The notes under the pieces are model-generated. The model was not told the origin of the DNA and did no database searches. It saw only the letters and a list, made by a program, of their open reading frames with translations. A program made the translations under genes and the position numbers. DNA of 41,961 nt from Candidatus Nitrosomarinus sp. (lineage in GTDB: Archaea; Thermoproteota; Nitrososphaeria; Nitrososphaerales; Nitrosopumilaceae): positions 8,598 through 50,558 of the forward strand of contig REGF01000002.1 of NCBI GenBank assembly GCA_003702465.1, given 5' to 3'. Shown one piece after another: positions 27,413-36,739 of the stretch (the first letter of the stretch is position 1; every line of letters starts with the position of its first letter).

Positions 27413-27721
27413 TTACAGCTCTACAAACACATTGTCTGATTCAACAACCACATTGTATGATGTTAAATCTCTTAATTTCATTGGAAATTTTAAAAATTTA
27501 CCATTTTTACAATCAAATTCTGCTGCGTGCCATCCACAGGTAATTACACACCCATCTAATTTTCCCTCTGATAAACTAGAACCTGAATGAGTACATGAAT
27601 CATCTGTAGCAAAATATTCTCCATCAATATTTGCAACTAAGATATCCCTGCCATCAATTGAAATTTTTATCATTTTTCCAGGAAGAATATCGGATGTTTT
27701 TCCTGCAATTATTTTCCCCAT
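27413..27721 (-). CDS. Rieske [2Fe-2S] ferredoxin
   Basis: CTH...CGWH Rieske ligands; 102 aa, soluble. Confidence 0.92.
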   Translation of the reverse strand: MGKIIAGKTSDILPGKMIKISIDGRDILVANIDGEYFATDDSCTHSGSSLSEGKLDGCVITCGWHAAEFDCKNGKFLKFPMKLRDLTSYNVVVESDNVFVEL

Positions 27722-27761
27722 GACAATTTTTATTTGATAATTATTAATATTTTTTTTGTAT

Positions 27762-28541
27762 ATGGAAATTAGAGAAGCAAAAATTTCTGATAAAACTTCT
27801 ATATTGAAATTTTGTAAAAATACATTTTCTTGGGGTGATTATATTGAAAAAGTTTGGTCTTCATGGTTAGAGGAAGGAAGTTTATTTCTATTTGAGAAAA
27901 AATCTCCGGTTGGAATATGTCATGCATTTTATTCTCAAAACCAAATTTGGATAGAAGGTATACGAATTGATCCCAATCATCGAAGAGAAATGATTGCATC
28001 AAAACTTGTAATTCATGCAGAATCTATTGGGAAAAAAAATCAAAAACTTTTTTCTTATATGTTGATAGATACTGAAAACAAAAATTCAATCTCTATGGCT
28101 GATTCATTAAATTATGAAAAATTTCAAACCTGGAATTATTATTCATTAATTCCTAAAAAAAATTCAAATTTTAAAATTGAATTTGAAAAATCTTCTAGTA
28201 TTGATATCTTTGATTTTTACGTAGATTCATGGCGATGGATTAAAACAAATGAAAAACTCTTGAATAATTTATCTTCACAAAAAAAAATTATTAAATCAAA
28301 TTTAAACGGAAAAATTTCTGCTGCCATTATTGGCAATTACAAGCATATTGACAATACATTGATTGTTACTCTTTTCTCAGGCTCATCTGATACTTTATCT
28401 AACATTTTATCCTATTTGCAAAATTTTGGATTTGAAAATAATTATGAAAGAATTCAAATTTTAACTAATCAAAAATTGGAATCTTTTGATTCATTGGAAT
28501 ACAAAATATCGTTTTATTTAATGAAAAAATTTCTAGACTAA
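27762..28541 (+). CDS. GNAT-family acetyltransferase
   Basis: IREA, WIEGIRIDPNHRREMIA and N..S motif A/B; likely ATG start at 27762. Confidence 0.8.
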   Translation: MEIREAKISDKTSILKFCKNTFSWGDYIEKVWSSWLEEGSLFLFEKKSPVGICHAFYSQNQIWIEGIRIDPNHRREMIASKLVIHAESIGKKNQKLFSYMLIDTENKNSISMADSLNYEKFQTWNYYSLIPKKNSNFKIEFEKSSSIDIFDFYVDSWRWIKTNEKLLNNLSSQKKIIKSNLNGKISAAIIGNYKHIDNTLIVTLFSGSSDTLSNILSYLQNFGFENNYERIQILTNQKLESFDSLEYKISFYLMKKFLD

Positions 28542-29407
28542 TTTGATTTGATGACTTTAATTGTATTGTTTAATATTCCTAAACCTTCAATTTCCATTTC
28601 AATTTGATCTCCATCTTTAAGATATACTGCGTTAGGTTTGTTTAGCATTACTCCTGCTGGTGTTCCCGTTGAAATAATATCTCCTTTTTGCAATGTCATT
28701 ACTTTAGTAATTTTTGAAATAATCTCTGGAATTTTTATAAACATATTACTGGTTGAGGAATTTTGTCTAATCTCTCCATTCACTTTGGTTGTCATTTTTA
28801 GATTTTGTGGATTTTCTATCTCATCAGCTGTTGTTATCCATGGTCCACATGGTGCAAATGAATCAAATCCTTTTCCTCTTGTAAATTGTTTATCTTTATT
28901 TTGAATATCTCTTGCTGACACGTCATTGAAAATCATGTAACCAAAAATCATTTCTGAAGCATTTTCAATACTGACATTTTTACAATCTTTTTTAATTATC
29001 AATGCTAATTCTATTTCATAATCAAGTTGGGTAACAAAATCGGGACAAATAATTTCTGATTTTGTATGATTTAATGCTGTTCTAGGTTTTATTACTAATG
29101 CTGGATCATCAGGAGCTTGTAATCCTTGTTCTTTTGCATGATCCACATAATTAAATGCTAAACAAATTATTTTATTTGGATTTGGGATAGGTGCTAATAA
29201 TTTGTATTTTGAAAGTTCTTCTCTGTATTCTAATTCATTTGTTTTATTTCTTATTTCTTCATACCATCCATCAAACAAGAAATCTTTTACATTAATGGGA
29301 ATTGGTACGCCTGTTAATTCAGTAATTTCGCTTTTAATTGCTATTTTATCACCTTTAACAAAACCATATGTTTCATTAGTCCCATCAGTTACTCTAACTA
29401 TTCTCAT
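28538..29407 (-). CDS. Fumarylacetoacetate hydrolase family protein
   Basis: NYVDH, DYEIEL, NDVSARD, GKGFD and GDIISTGTPAGV motifs. Confidence 0.93.
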   Translation of the reverse strand: MRIVRVTDGTNETYGFVKGDKIAIKSEITELTGVPIPINVKDFLFDGWYEEIRNKTNELEYREELSKYKLLAPIPNPNKIICLAFNYVDHAKEQGLQAPDDPALVIKPRTALNHTKSEIICPDFVTQLDYEIELALIIKKDCKNVSIENASEMIFGYMIFNDVSARDIQNKDKQFTRGKGFDSFAPCGPWITTADEIENPQNLKMTTKVNGEIRQNSSTSNMFIKIPEIISKITKVMTLQKGDIISTGTPAGVMLNKPNAVYLKDGDQIEMEIEGLGILNNTIKVIKSN

Positions 29408-29413
29408 ATGACA

Positions 29414-31123
29414 TCACTTATGTGTGAAAATTGCTTGGTTTTGTGAATCTTTTCTACAGTATCCAAATCTAATAAATTGTATTTCTTCGCCTTCTTTTAA
29501 TTGTAAGTAATATGGTTCGCAATAAACATCAAGTACTTCTAAACTATCTTCATTAAACTCTTCATCAATAAATAATACTTTAGGAATAATCATTTTAATT
29601 TTATGTGCTTTTTTCTGTGAAACCCATTGTATTTTTGGAATGTTTGTTATATCCCCATCTTTTACATATTCTCCTTCTATTTCTTCTCCAAGTTTTGTAA
29701 TCAAAATATTTCCTAATCCTAAAAGTCTAATTTGTTCTCCCTCTTTGATATTCTCTACGTCCTCTCCGGCAATGTAGAAATTTCCATCAACGTCAATTCT
29801 ACGTTTACCCATATCCTTTACTGGATGATTAGAAACCTCAACCGATGTAATTGCTAAATTTTTTACAGATAATTTTTTTGGATTCGTAACCATATACAAT
29901 CTAATGCTAGTTTCATCAACAAATTTTCTGTTGAATGCTTCCAGAGAATCAAAAGGTGCTAATGTATTTGCTTTGGTTAACCCCAATGACATGATAAATT
30001 TTCTGATTGCTTCAGGTTTAATTCCTCTCTTCTTCAATGCTTCTAAAGTTGGTAATCTTGGATCGTCATACCATGATACTTTACGTTCTTCAATTAGTGG
30101 TTTGATTATTCTTTTAGAAATTGGCATACCTTTGAATTCTAATCTTGAGAAAAATCCTTGCTGTGGTTTTCTCATATTTAGTGAATCTAAGATTGCTTCT
30201 GTCAATTCTTCTCTTAATTCAAATTCTTTTGAACGAAAAGCATGAGTAACTCCATCAATACTATCTTCAATTGCAACTGCAAAATCATAACTGGGCCAAA
30301 TTCTGTATTTCTCTCCTACAGTGTAATGTTTTCCTTCAATAATTCTGAATAATATTGGATCTCTCATTACTGCATTATCAGCTTGCATGTCTCCTCGAAA
30401 TCTAACTATTGCTTCACCTGGTTTGAATTTCGTTTCCATTTTTTCCCAATTGTTGATATTTTTATCTACATTTTCTTTACTACATTTGCATGCCTTTCTT
30501 TCTCGTCTGTTTTTACTAATGTCATCTCTTTTACATTTGCAAATGTATGCTTTTCCAGAATTGATTAATTCCATTCCTTTTTCATAAAATATTTCCATAT
30601 CATCGGAAGTACTTTTTACAATATCAAATTCTATCCCTAACCATTCTAATCCCACTTTAATTGCAGCATGATATTCCATTCTTTCAGCTTCAGGATTTGT
30701 ATCATCCATTCGTAGAATGAATTTCCCTCCGTACATTTTTGCATATTCAGAATTAATAATGGCTGCCTTTGCATGACCTATGTGTGGATATCCGTTTGGT
30801 TCTGGTGGAAATCTTGTAATTACATTTCCGTGTTCTGCATTTTTTAATTCTGGTAAACCTTCTTTTTCTTTAATTTTTTCTTTAGGAGCTAAAATTTCTG
30901 GAAAATTTTCTTCGATTTCTTTTTTCTGTTCTTCTATTGATAATTGATTCACATTTGAAACAATTTCGGATATCTCAATTGAAATTTCTTTAACTTTTGT
31001 TCTAAATTCTGGTTTTGTTCCTAGAATTTTTCCTAAAATTATTTTATCCCTAGTTTCACCTCCATGTTCAAATGCATTTTGAAGAGTAAGTTTTCGAATT
31101 TCTTTTTTTATTTCTTCATCCAT
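29414..31123 (-). CDS. gltX: Glutamyl-tRNA synthetase (archaeal type)
   Basis: RFPPEPNGYPHIGH, RMDDTNP, ISKR, DDPRLPT and QFIRFGY motifs. Confidence 0.97.
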   Translation of the reverse strand: MDEEIKKEIRKLTLQNAFEHGGETRDKIILGKILGTKPEFRTKVKEISIEISEIVSNVNQLSIEEQKKEIEENFPEILAPKEKIKEKEGLPELKNAEHGNVITRFPPEPNGYPHIGHAKAAIINSEYAKMYGGKFILRMDDTNPEAERMEYHAAIKVGLEWLGIEFDIVKSTSDDMEIFYEKGMELINSGKAYICKCKRDDISKNRRERKACKCSKENVDKNINNWEKMETKFKPGEAIVRFRGDMQADNAVMRDPILFRIIEGKHYTVGEKYRIWPSYDFAVAIEDSIDGVTHAFRSKEFELREELTEAILDSLNMRKPQQGFFSRLEFKGMPISKRIIKPLIEERKVSWYDDPRLPTLEALKKRGIKPEAIRKFIMSLGLTKANTLAPFDSLEAFNRKFVDETSIRLYMVTNPKKLSVKNLAITSVEVSNHPVKDMGKRRIDVDGNFYIAGEDVENIKEGEQIRLLGLGNILITKLGEEIEGEYVKDGDITNIPKIQWVSQKKAHKIKMIIPKVLFIDEEFNEDSLEVLDVYCEPYYLQLKEGEEIQFIRFGYCRKDSQNQAIFTHK

Positions 31124-31143
31124 GATGTTGGTACCTTTTTCAA

Positions 31144-32124
31144 CTATACACTTCGTTTTACTACAAAATCTAATAATGCAGTTAATTCTACTTTTGCAGC
31201 TCCATTGTATTTTGCTAGTGATTTTTCAGATTTTTCTGCATATTTTAGAGCCTGATTTCTCACTTTTTCTTCAATTCCTAGTGAACGAATGATTTCCACA
31301 GATTTATTCAAATCTTTTTTTGAAATCTTTGTATTTCCAAATGCTTTTAGAATTATTTTCTTATCATTACCTTTGGCTAATTTTATTGCCATCAAAATTG
31401 GAAGTGATTTTTTACCTTCTCTCAAATCATTACCAACTGCTTTTCCAGTTTTTTTAGGATCACCCATTACTCCTATCAAATCATCTGTAATTTGAAATGC
31501 AATTCCTAAGTTTTTTCCAAATCCTGAGAGATTTGAAATATCTTTAGGTTTGTTTGTTGCACAAATTGCCCCCATTGCACATGAAACATCAAACAATGCT
31601 GCAGTTTTTTTCCCTATCATTGTAATGTATTCTTTTTCTGTTGGAATTCTTTTTTCATCTGCCATTTTGATGTCTAGTAATTGTCCTTCACAAACATCTA
31701 CACAAGCTTTTGCAAGTCTAGAAATTAGATGTGTTGTAGCTTTTGGTGATAATTTTGACTCTGAAATAATTTGAAACGCTTTAGAAAATAATACATCTCC
31801 TGCTAAAATTGCAATTGGCATGCCAAATTTTTTATGCACTGTTGGCACGCCATGACGCATTTCATCATTGTCCATAATGTCATCATGTACAAGAGTAAAG
31901 TTGTGTACCATTTCTACTGCACTAGCAGCTATCATTGCATTTGATGATTTACCACCTAAAATTTGACAACTTTTGATTACCATGTATGGTCGAAGTCTTT
32001 TTCCACCATTCACAATAAGATGCCCTGCTGCATCATATAGCTTTTTTGGGTTTCCGTTTAATTTAGAATTTAGAAATTTGTTAACGATTTTAGCATTATT
32101 TTCAATTTGTTTAGTTTTCTTCAT
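31144..32124 (-). CDS. idsA: Geranylgeranyl diphosphate synthase
   Basis: GGKRLRP; HNFTLVHDDIMD with Phe at -5 (short chain); GQ; KT; FQITDD; DLREGK. Confidence 0.93.
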   Translation of the reverse strand: MKKTKQIENNAKIVNKFLNSKLNGNPKKLYDAAGHLIVNGGKRLRPYMVIKSCQILGGKSSNAMIAASAVEMVHNFTLVHDDIMDNDEMRHGVPTVHKKFGMPIAILAGDVLFSKAFQIISESKLSPKATTHLISRLAKACVDVCEGQLLDIKMADEKRIPTEKEYITMIGKKTAALFDVSCAMGAICATNKPKDISNLSGFGKNLGIAFQITDDLIGVMGDPKKTGKAVGNDLREGKKSLPILMAIKLAKGNDKKIILKAFGNTKISKKDLNKSVEIIRSLGIEEKVRNQALKYAEKSEKSLAKYNGAAKVELTALLDFVVKRSV

Positions 32125-32761
32125 CTAATAATCTCCATTTTTCTTTAGGTAGGTGGGTCTTAATTGCTTCTTGTAAATCTCCATGAATTTCATTATTAAT
32201 CCACGTAGATAATACATTTTCGTGTTTTTTGAGCATATCTTTTTTTGATTTATCAAGTAATTCTAATGCAATTAACATCCAAGGACAATAAATCTCAGGA
32301 TTTTTTTTAATTTCTTTGATTAATTCTTCTGCGGTAATCCATTTGATTTCATCAATTTCTCCTTCAATTTCTTTTAATTTTGTATCTTTATCAATTACTC
32401 CAACTAGTGTTCCACAAATCTCATTTTCTGAACCCACTTCTTTGTAAGGTACATGATATTCAAATTTATGAAAATAATCAAGTTTACCATTTATTCCTAA
32501 TTCTTCAGGCATTCTTCTTTCTCCTGATGACACATATCCTTCTGATTCTCTTGGATGGCTTGCAAATGTTCCATCCCAATCCCCTGGCCATAACATTTTT
32601 TCTTTAGCTCGTTTTGTTAGAACCAATCTTCCATCTTCGTCAAATAACAACGCTGTAAATGCTCTATGTAATTTCCCATTTGGTAAATGGCATTTTACTT
32701 TCTCTTCTAATCCGATGGGATTATCATTTTCATCTACTAAAATTACAAATTCTTCAGACAT
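32111..32761 (-). CDS. idi: Isopentenyl-diphosphate delta-isomerase, type 1 (Nudix fold)
   Basis: ILVDEND, CH...LHRAF, WPG.WD..ASHP, EELG, ENEIC and PW motifs; sits in the mevalonate cluster. Confidence 0.9.
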   Translation of the reverse strand: MSEEFVILVDENDNPIGLEEKVKCHLPNGKLHRAFTALLFDEDGRLVLTKRAKEKMLWPGDWDGTFASHPRESEGYVSSGERRMPEELGINGKLDYFHKFEYHVPYKEVGSENEICGTLVGVIDKDTKLKEIEGEIDEIKWITAEELIKEIKKNPEIYCPWMLIALELLDKSKKDMLKKHENVLSTWINNEIHGDLQEAIKTHLPKEKWRLLDEEN

Positions 32762-33506
32762 TTCTTTTTCCTTTAAACATGGTTCCTTTAAACTCTCTAC
32801 TTTGAACAGCTTTTACAATTCTTTCAGGCTTTTTCCCATTAACAAAAAATACATTCATGCCCATCTTAGAAATTTTAATTGCTTCTTCTACTTTTCTAGT
32901 CATTCCTCCAGTTACATCCATTTTGTTTTCTGATATTGACGGCATGTTTCCCTTTAACTCTGAAATCAATTTTTTTGATTTAAGATCAGAATATAGGCCA
33001 TCCTCATTTAATGCAAAAATACACAATCTTGGTTTTAGAATTTTTGCAAAATGAGTCATAATTTTGTCTCCGGATAAAATGTATGTTTTATTTTGACCAA
33101 ACCATAATGCATCACCATATGTGACTGGAATTAAGCCTGATTTTGCTATTTTTTCAACTTCTTTAATTTTTTTTGAAATTGGTTTGTTACCTGACATAAA
33201 ATCAGTTGGTGGTAAAGAATATGGATTTAATTTATTTTTCAAACATGAATCTAAAATTATTTTATTCAAATCTATCATTGAATTTTTAACAATTGAAACT
33301 CCTTTGATATCGTATTTTCTTTCTTTTGTATGCATATCATATTTTACAGACCAATAATGTCCATATGATCCTCCTCCATGAACAATTATCATTGGTTCTT
33401 TAATTTTTTTCAAACTTTTTGTTAAATTGTCAATAGTCTTTCTTCTTGGCGATAATGGTTTTTCTTTATTTGTAATTATTGAACCCCCTAATTTTATTAG
33501 AATCAT
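32754..33506 (-). CDS. ipk: Isopentenyl phosphate kinase
   Basis: KLGGSIIT.K, VHGGGSYGH, SGD and DVTGGM..K motifs. Confidence 0.92.
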   Translation of the reverse strand: MILIKLGGSIITNKEKPLSPRRKTIDNLTKSLKKIKEPMIIVHGGGSYGHYWSVKYDMHTKERKYDIKGVSIVKNSMIDLNKIILDSCLKNKLNPYSLPPTDFMSGNKPISKKIKEVEKIAKSGLIPVTYGDALWFGQNKTYILSGDKIMTHFAKILKPRLCIFALNEDGLYSDLKSKKLISELKGNMPSISENKMDVTGGMTRKVEEAIKISKMGMNVFFVNGKKPERIVKAVQSREFKGTMFKGKRNV

Positions 33507-33529
33507 GTTGTACCAAACTAATTAATCAA

Positions 33530-34471
33530 TTAAAAAGTGTTCAGTCCTTTGAAATCAATTTTTGTTGCAAAGCATTCGTATTCCTTATTAACAAATTCCT
33601 TTATAGTTTCATCTAAATTTGATTCATTTGTTAATGCAAAAATACATCCACCACCACCAGAACCTGTTATCTTTGCACCATATGATGTCTTTTGTCCAAT
33701 TTTGATCATTGCTTCTAATTGTTCATTTGATATGCCAATTTCTTCTAAAAATTTTTGATTTTGATTTATTTTTTCCCCAATTTCTTTAATTTTATTTTCT
33801 TTAATTAATTTTAAAACATCATTTACTAAATTTGATTCTAAATTTGATAATTCATGAAATTTTTCTTTATTTTTATTTTCAAATTCTTTTACTCTAGAAA
33901 CCATGGTCTCTGTTGAATGTTCAATGTTTGAATTTGCAATAACTAATTGAAAATTAGGCTCATCCTCAATTTTCCTAAATCCATTATTTTTATCATATTC
34001 CATTAATCCTCCATATGTAGAAACTGTACAATCTGCTCCTGATGTGTTTTGATAAATTGTTTTTTCTGCTTCAATAGCAATTTCTAGTATTTTTTCCTTT
34101 GAAATTTCCCCAAATAATTTAAAAATTGCTGCAGCTCCTGCTACACAACAAGCTGATGATGAACCTAGTCCTGCACCTAGTGGAATTTCTGATTCGATTT
34201 GAATCTTTAATCCTATATTTTGATCTTTGATTGCTTTATTTGCTAAATAATAAAATGGTTTTAATGGTGAATTAATTTCTGAAATTGATTCATTAGGTTC
34301 TAAAACTAATTTTCCTATTTCTGAATTAATTGAAATTTTTCTTTCATTTGTTTTTTCTGCAGTTACCGTAACTCGTTTGTTAATGGAACATAAAATTGAT
34401 TTTATTCCATAAACAACAAAATGTTCACCAAACAGAATGACCTTTCCTGGAGCTGATGCTTTAGATTTCAA
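33530..34471 (-). CDS. mvk: Mevalonate kinase
   Basis: PGKVILFGEHFVVYG, PLGAGLGSSSA, SGAD and KITGSGGGG motifs. Confidence 0.95.
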   Translation of the reverse strand: MKSKASAPGKVILFGEHFVVYGIKSILCSINKRVTVTAEKTNERKISINSEIGKLVLEPNESISEINSPLKPFYYLANKAIKDQNIGLKIQIESEIPLGAGLGSSSACCVAGAAAIFKLFGEISKEKILEIAIEAEKTIYQNTSGADCTVSTYGGLMEYDKNNGFRKIEDEPNFQLVIANSNIEHSTETMVSRVKEFENKNKEKFHELSNLESNLVNDVLKLIKENKIKEIGEKINQNQKFLEEIGISNEQLEAMIKIGQKTSYGAKITGSGGGGCIFALTNESNLDETIKEFVNKEYECFATKIDFKGLNTF

Positions 34472-34489
34472 TTAAACACTTGAAATTTT

Positions 34490-35113
34490 CTATTCGATTT
34501 CCTCTTCGGTAATCTTTGCTTCAAAATCATCAATTTCATATTTCATTGATTCATTTTCTTTTAATTCTCCTTTTTCAATGAGAATTTGTCTAACTAGTAA
34601 CCAGTAAATTGTAGCTAGTGCTTTTCTTCCTCTGTTATTTGCTGGAATAATAATGTCTAATTTTGATGTAATGTTATCTGTATTTGCAATTCCAATTACT
34701 GGAATTCCTGCATTAGTTGCTTCAATTAATGCTTGTTCATCTACTTCTGGATCTGAAATAACAACTATTTTTGGTTCAATGTAATATGGTAATGAAGGGT
34801 TTGTCAATGTTCCTGGCATAAATCTTCCAAGATGATGTTTAGCTCCTGTCATCTCACAGAATTTTTCAATAGGAACTTCTGCATATCTTCTTCCAGAACA
34901 AACAATAACATTTTCTGCACCTAATCTGTTGATGAATTTAGCCGAAGTTTTTATTTTTTCTAGAGTCATGTCGATATCTAGCATATAGAGTCCTTCTGGA
35001 CTGGCTTTTGTAATGAAAGGTTTCATGAATTTAGTTTTAACTTGTGTTCCAACTCTGATCCCAGTTGAAATGACTTTTTTCTTAATGTCTACTGTTTCTG
35101 TTTGTTCACTCAT
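34490..35113 (-). CDS. rps2: 30S ribosomal protein S2 (uS2)
   Basis: GRFMPGTLTN, QALIEA and IPANNRGRKAL motifs; start MSEQT at 35113. Confidence 0.96.
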   Translation of the reverse strand: MSEQTETVDIKKKVISTGIRVGTQVKTKFMKPFITKASPEGLYMLDIDMTLEKIKTSAKFINRLGAENVIVCSGRRYAEVPIEKFCEMTGAKHHLGRFMPGTLTNPSLPYYIEPKIVVISDPEVDEQALIEATNAGIPVIGIANTDNITSKLDIIIPANNRGRKALATIYWLLVRQILIEKGELKENESMKYEIDDFEAKITEEEIE

Positions 35114-35120
35114 GCCGATT

Positions 35121-36359
35121 TTAAATCTCCACCATGCCACATATTAAATCATGCCCTGATAAACGTAATAATTCATTCAATTTAGCTACTCTTTCACCAC
35201 CTACCACGCCTACTTTGAGCATTTTTGATTTAGTTGCAATTCCTATATGTGAAATTTGTGAGTCTGTGGATTCGCCAGATCTATGTGATGTAATTAATCT
35301 AATGTTGTTTTGATTTGCAACATTTGCAAACTCTAATGCATCCTGAAGACTGCCTGCTTGATTAACTTTCAAGATTGCTGCATTACATGCATTTATGCCA
35401 ATTGCTTTTGTTAGGATGTCTTTACTGGTTACTGTCAAATCATCTCCTGTAACTAATGTATTTGGGAATTTTGCAGTTAATTCTGCCATATCCTCAAATG
35501 CTTCTTCATGAACTGCATCTTCAGCATAAATTAATTTGAACTTGTCAATAATATCTGCTGCAAAATCAATTTGTTCTCCTGTTGTGTTTTCAAACCCAGC
35601 TCTATCATACAGATATTTTCCTTTTTCTTCATTCCATTGTGTTGATGATGCAAAATCAACTCCTAATGAAACTTCTTTACCTAAAGTGAAACCTAAATTC
35701 TCACAAGCTTTTGCTGATACTTCTAATGCTTTATGATTTTCTAGTTTTGGTGCCCATCCTCCTTCATCGCCTCTTCCGTTTGTAAAATTAGGATCTTCTT
35801 TTTCCAAAACTTTTCTTAGTTCTTTATGAACTGCTAGATTTGTTTCAATTGCATCTTCAATATTTTTTGAACCTGTTGCGCAAATTAGAATTTCTTGTAT
35901 GTCGGGAGTTCCAGGTCCTGCATGTGCCCCTCCTCCTAAAATATTTCCTAATGGAAATGGACATTTAGCTTCTGAATTTGGCGATAATGTTTTGAATAAT
36001 GGTTGTTCCAGTGATTGTGATGCTGATTCCATTGATGCAATTGTTACCGCAAAAGCAAGTGCACCTCCAATAACTGAATAATTATTGGTATTATCCAAAC
36101 TTTTCAATGTATCATGAATTGTTTTCAAATCTGATGAATCTAATCCAATAAATTTTTGTGAATTCTCTTTTAGTATTTTTAGACTTTCTTCAGGACCTCC
36201 ATTAGGAAAACTAGTTGCTTCATATTTTCCAACACTTGCACCTGATGGAGCACAAACTCTTCCTAAGAATTTGTTGTCTGATTTAACATCGACTTCAATT
36301 GTTTTACTGCCTCGACTATTGAATAAAATGCGTCCTTCAATAGAAGTAATTTTAGACAA
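35121..36359 (-). CDS. eno: Enolase
   Basis: NSRG, PSGASVG..EA, GDEGG, GDDL, LKVNQAG, SHRSGE and ERVAKLN motifs; TTG start. Confidence 0.95.
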   Translation of the reverse strand: MSKITSIEGRILFNSRGSKTIEVDVKSDNKFLGRVCAPSGASVGKYEATSFPNGGPEESLKILKENSQKFIGLDSSDLKTIHDTLKSLDNTNNYSVIGGALAFAVTIASMESASQSLEQPLFKTLSPNSEAKCPFPLGNILGGGAHAGPGTPDIQEILICATGSKNIEDAIETNLAVHKELRKVLEKEDPNFTNGRGDEGGWAPKLENHKALEVSAKACENLGFTLGKEVSLGVDFASSTQWNEEKGKYLYDRAGFENTTGEQIDFAADIIDKFKLIYAEDAVHEEAFEDMAELTAKFPNTLVTGDDLTVTSKDILTKAIGINACNAAILKVNQAGSLQDALEFANVANQNNIRLITSHRSGESTDSQISHIGIATKSKMLKVGVVGGERVAKLNELLRLSGHDLICGMVEI

Positions 36360-36360
36360 A

Positions 36361-36597
36361 TTAATCTAATTCAGATTGAACTTCTTGTTTTCTTTTCTGA
36401 ATTGATTCGTAGAATGGGATAACTTGTTGAATTGTTTCAACAGTAGTCAAAAGCATTCTTCTACAACAATATCTGTTTATTTGTAAATCATTTAGAACTT
36501 TTTCAGGATCTTCTCCTGCTTTTAGTTTAGTTTGATAATCTTCGAATTTATCTGCAATTAAGTTTCCACATGTAAAACATCTAACAGGAATTAACAC
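36361..36597 (-). CDS. rpoN: RNA polymerase subunit N (Rpo10)
   Basis: IPVRCFTCG...RYCCRRM; GTG start at 36597. Confidence 0.96.
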   Translation of the reverse strand: MLIPVRCFTCGNLIADKFEDYQTKLKAGEDPEKVLNDLQINRYCCRRMLLTTVETIQQVIPFYESIQKRKQEVQSELD

Positions 36598-36617
36598 GAT
36601 GAAAAAAGTCGTCAAGG

Positions 36618-36626
36618 ATTATAAAA
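36618..36626. promoter_or_regulatory. Putative bidirectional TATA element between rpoN and tRNA-Leu
   Basis: TTATAAAA on + (36619-26) and TTTATAAT on - (36625-18), centred in a 50-bp gap. Confidence 0.55.
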
Positions 36627-36647
36627 ACCATACAAGGTTATTTCGTT

Positions 36648-36732
36648 GCGGGCGTCGCCCAGCCTGGCCAAAGGCGCTAGCTTGAGGGGCTAGTCTCTCA
36701 GGAGTTCGTGGGTTCAAATCCCATCGCCCGCA
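36648..36732 (+). tRNA. tRNA-Leu (GAG)
   Basis: GCGGGCG/CGCCCGC-A acceptor; anticodon arm CTAGC-TTGAGGG-GCTAG; long variable arm; T-loop TTCAAAT. Confidence 0.96.
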
Positions 36733-36739
36733 CTAAAAT

